Of a stretch of 64,000 nucleotides of DNA, positions 60,817-64,000 are shown one piece after another (the first letter of the stretch is position 1; every line of letters starts with the position of its first letter). Origin of the DNA: Monocercomonoides exilis PA203 (Eukaryota > Protista > Preaxostyla); assembly GCA_001643675.2 (NCBI GenBank), contig LSRY02000026.1, forward strand, positions 62,001 through 126,000, written 5' to 3'. The translations under genes and the position numbers were made by a program. The notes beneath the pieces were generated by a model. It saw only the letters and a program-made list of their open reading frames with translations. It had not been told where the DNA came from and did no database searches.

Positions 60817-61555
60817 AAACAGATGGAGTTGTTAATTGCTATGCTCAATTCAAACCTTCTTCCTATCTCTTTCTTTCTCTTTCTTCCTCTCTTTCTTCAT
60901 TACTCTCTTTCTTCCTCTCTTTCTTCCTCTCTTCCTCTCTTTCTTTCTCTCTTTCACTCTCTCTTTGATCTGTTTCTTCTTCTAATTACAAACACAATTC
61001 CTTCACAAATCATTGAGTTTTGTTTAGTTATGTATTTTCTCTTTTCTTTTTCAATCACTTCTCATATGTTATTTCGGTAATCAAAACATTGGAAGCAAAG
61101 AAAACTTATTACAACTGATTTTTTTCCCCTTACTTTTCTGTATTTATTTCAATTAAAGAAGAATTTTCAGTGTTTCAATAATTATTCTCCTTCATTTTAT
61201 TCTAAAATTTAAAGATTCTTTTCTGTTTTTAACGAAAAGAACAAAAATCCAACTTCTTCAAAACAACTTCAAATATTCAATCTTCTTTCATTTTTGCTGT
61301 GAATGTTTCATTTTCATTTTCAAATTTACAAAAAAATGAGATGCGAAATGAGCCAACGAAAAGAAAACAAATAAAAAAAACAGAAAAATTTCGAAAAAGA
61401 CTTCAACAACGAATTGAATGCTTGTAGAACACTAATCACAAAAATTTTAGCACAAACAAAGTTTTTCTTTAATTTTCTTCAACGAATTTATTTTATTTTA
61501 TTATTATTTTTTATTTTTTCATTTATCTTTTTCTTATTCAATCAAATATCTTCTT

Positions 61556-63213
61556 TTATGGAACAAACTGTAATGTTGGCATTTTGCCCCATTCGTCTGG
61601 CTCTGCAAGCTCTTCTTCTTCTTCTTCTTCTTTTTCTTCTTTTTCTTTTTCTTCTTTTTCTTTTTCTTCTTTTTCTGTTTCATTTCTTTCTGATTGTGTT
61701 GGCTGTGATGTGGTTGATGATTCATCTAATTCAGTTTTTGAGGCATTTTCTGCTTTTTCTTTGGTTAAATCTTCTTCTTTTTCTTCTTCTTCTTCCTCTT
61801 GTTTCAATTCTGATTTTTCTTTTTTGTTTGAAAGAGTTTCATCTTCTTTGATTTCTTTTTCTTTCTCATCTTTTTCTTCTTCTTCCTTTTTTTCCTCATA
61901 ATTTTCTTTCTCTTCTTCTCCTTCTTCTTCTTTTGCCTTCCTCCTTTTGATAACCAATTCCTCAAGTGAATCTAATTCTCCCTCATTTTTGCAGCTTTCT
62001 TCTTTCTCCTCTCTTTTTTCATCATTCGAACATTTCTCTCTTTCCCCCTCTTCTTTCCTCATTTGCTCAGTCAGCAAACGAGATTTCGCATCTTCCATCA
62101 GAAGCACCATCGCTAAGCAGAATAAGAATTGTTCAAGAAACAAGAAAAAGAAAAGATAGGAAAATCACATTCATTCAAAAAAGTGAATATTAATTCGATA
62201 TTTTATAAAAAAGAAACAAAACACAAATAGAAAATTCATCTGCAACAGGTAATAATTTCTGAATATAAACACACCTGCCATATTTCTTTTTCTTCTTTCG
62301 TCCTCTTCTTCTCTTTGTCTCTCTCGCTCTGCTTGCTCAAAGGCGAGTCTCTCCTCTCTCGTCGTCCCTTTTCCCCAGGCTTCCACAAGCAGCCTTTCAG
62401 ACTCAGAAATAGGGCGATCATCAAGATACTTCAGCTGCGGGCATCGGAGAATTAACGTCTTTCGGAGCGGAAATTCTGTTGTCCGGACAACTGGATTCCC
62501 GATGAGCCTGAGGACAGCAAGGGAAGGCATTGAGGCTAAAATGTCGACTAATGCAGATGCACTCTCTACTGGGATTTCGTTATCTGAGAGATTGAGAACA
62601 CTTCAAATTTTGAAAAATAAACTTGTAACATAAATAAGAAAATGAAACGGAATGGAATACCCTATTCCGGGATGACCTCTAAGCGGCTCAAGTGCTTCAA
62701 CACTTTTTAGTAAGTTATTTACAACTTCTAATGAATGCAAAGTTGGGCACTGCTCAACACCGGATAAAGTTGTGAGTCTATTATTCGTAAGATTGAGTGT
62801 ATCAAGTTCTGGTAAAGTGTTCAAATTTTCAATTTTTTCAATGCAATTGTCCTGAAGATATCTGTTTTTAAATTTATGTTAAAAATTCACGAAAATTCGC
62901 AAAAGGCACACAAGCACTTGAGCTTTGCACAGCACTCAAGATTTTCTATCTGAGATATAATGTTTCCTTGTAGCCAAAGAGCTTTCAGCTCGGTGTATTC
63001 CTCCAATCCTTCAATTTTCTTAAAACCTTGATAATGTAAGTATAACTTCTCGTTCAGCGTTGGAGTTAAGTATTGGTCATGCTTTTTACATGATTCCTTT
63101 ATCGTTTTTGAGCAGATACGAGGGGCTTGCTCTTCTTCTTCTTCCTCTTTCCAAAATGAAGAATCAAAAGAAGAGCTTGGAAAAGATGAAGAGCTTGCGA
63201 TTTGAAGTGACAT
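61556..63213 (-). CDS. DNAAF1: Dynein axonemal assembly factor 1 (ODA7/LRRC50), LRR protein, four exons
   Basis: CKKHDQYLTPTLNEKLYLHYQGFKKIEGLEEYTELKALWLQGN, SDS22-like LRRs, the LRR cap LRLIGNPVV...LKYLDDRPI...EAW and an acidic tail all match the DNAAF1/ODA7 family pattern. Confidence 0.9.
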
Positions 63214-63487
63214 GCGCAACCTTTAACTGTAATAAAATAATGCATCATAAAAGAGCATTTGAAATATTAATAAAACTGCTAACACAAAGAAAATGCATAA
63301 AAACCACACGAACGTTTATTAAGGAAAAATGAATAAGGGAAAGTGATCAATAACAAACATCGTTTGTATTTATTTCATTGAGATATTTCCTTTAAAATGC
63401 TTGTTGAAATAACGAATTTGTGATGATCAAAAAATAAAAAATCTTGGAAAGAGAATGCATCTATTACACAATTTTTTTCTCGATTTT

Positions 63488-64000
63488 TCAAGCATGTGAA
63501 ATGGCAGCTAATTGCTTTTGACTATCCTTGATCATATGGCCATTAACCCTAATGTGAGATGGATCATCAACAGTTACTAATGGAAATCCCACCTTTTTGA
63601 AGAAATAATTTATTTTTATAAAAAAAAATTCAATATTTTTTTGTTTAAAAGAAAGAAAGGAAAGAAAAAGCAAACCGTTTCGTCCCAGTTGACTTCTGCA
63701 AACATTGCGCCTTCAATGACAACAATATCATCACTTGACAGCGCATCACTGGCAATGTCATAAACAGCCATCACACATCTACGTAACTGCCTGTCGGTGC
63801 AAATGAATAGCTTTGTGGGGAAAAGAACATGATTTTTTATGCATATGTCATTTGAGGAAAAGTGCGAAAAAAAAAGGAAATAAATAATTTCAAAAAAGTT
63901 GAATGAAAGCCAAACTTGTGGCGTTGCTGTTGAGAGAGAGACACAATGGCTGATTCTCAAAGGAAGCTGAACTTCAGTGTTACGTCCTGTTCAATAATGA
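63488..64000 (-). CDS. 3' exons of an unidentified gene that runs off the window
   Basis: Spliceable exons LPLRISHCVSLSTATPQ|LRRCVMAVYDIA...EVNWDET|VGFPLV...AISHA* have GT-AG boundaries. No family was recognised. Confidence 0.6.

Noticed and set aside
1-64000. CRISPR arrays, tRNA or rRNA genes, telomeric arrays
   Set aside because: No regularly spaced repeat-spacer array, cloverleaf or rRNA-like segment was recognised. Single aaccctaa words (~26951, ~63546) are not arrays.

Overview
This is AT-rich eukaryotic DNA with short GT-AG introns and the standard genetic code. The gene-family style suggests an oxymonad or other metamonad such as Monocercomonoides, which is an inference and not something the sequence proves. 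The first ~58 kb is a transposon-rich accessory zone. Its coding mobile elements are a hAT transposase gene with one visible end, a DIRS-like tyrosine-recombinase retrotransposon (gag / RT-RNaseH-MT / YR) and a TA-flanked pogo-like DD35D element. Its non-coding TIR elements are a perfect 340-bp-arm foldback, small MITEs, and two (possibly three) Pack-like elements whose interiors are decayed host-gene fragments: 16688-21746, 29945-32875 (342-bp TIRs, 8-bp TSD, sitting in the DIRS left terminus) and tentatively 39010-42504. Host genes in this zone are a ~3,070-codon Cys/Gly-rich receptor-pseudokinase (disrupted), a triple-repeat type-I surface protein, three paralogues of a helical protein family with patchwork sequence exchange, and an ABCC transporter pseudogene. 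The last 6 kb holds conventional intron-rich genes: a membrane-anchored 5'-nucleotidase-like metallophosphoesterase, DNAAF1/ODA7 and a partial gene. No rRNA, tRNA or CRISPR array was recognised.
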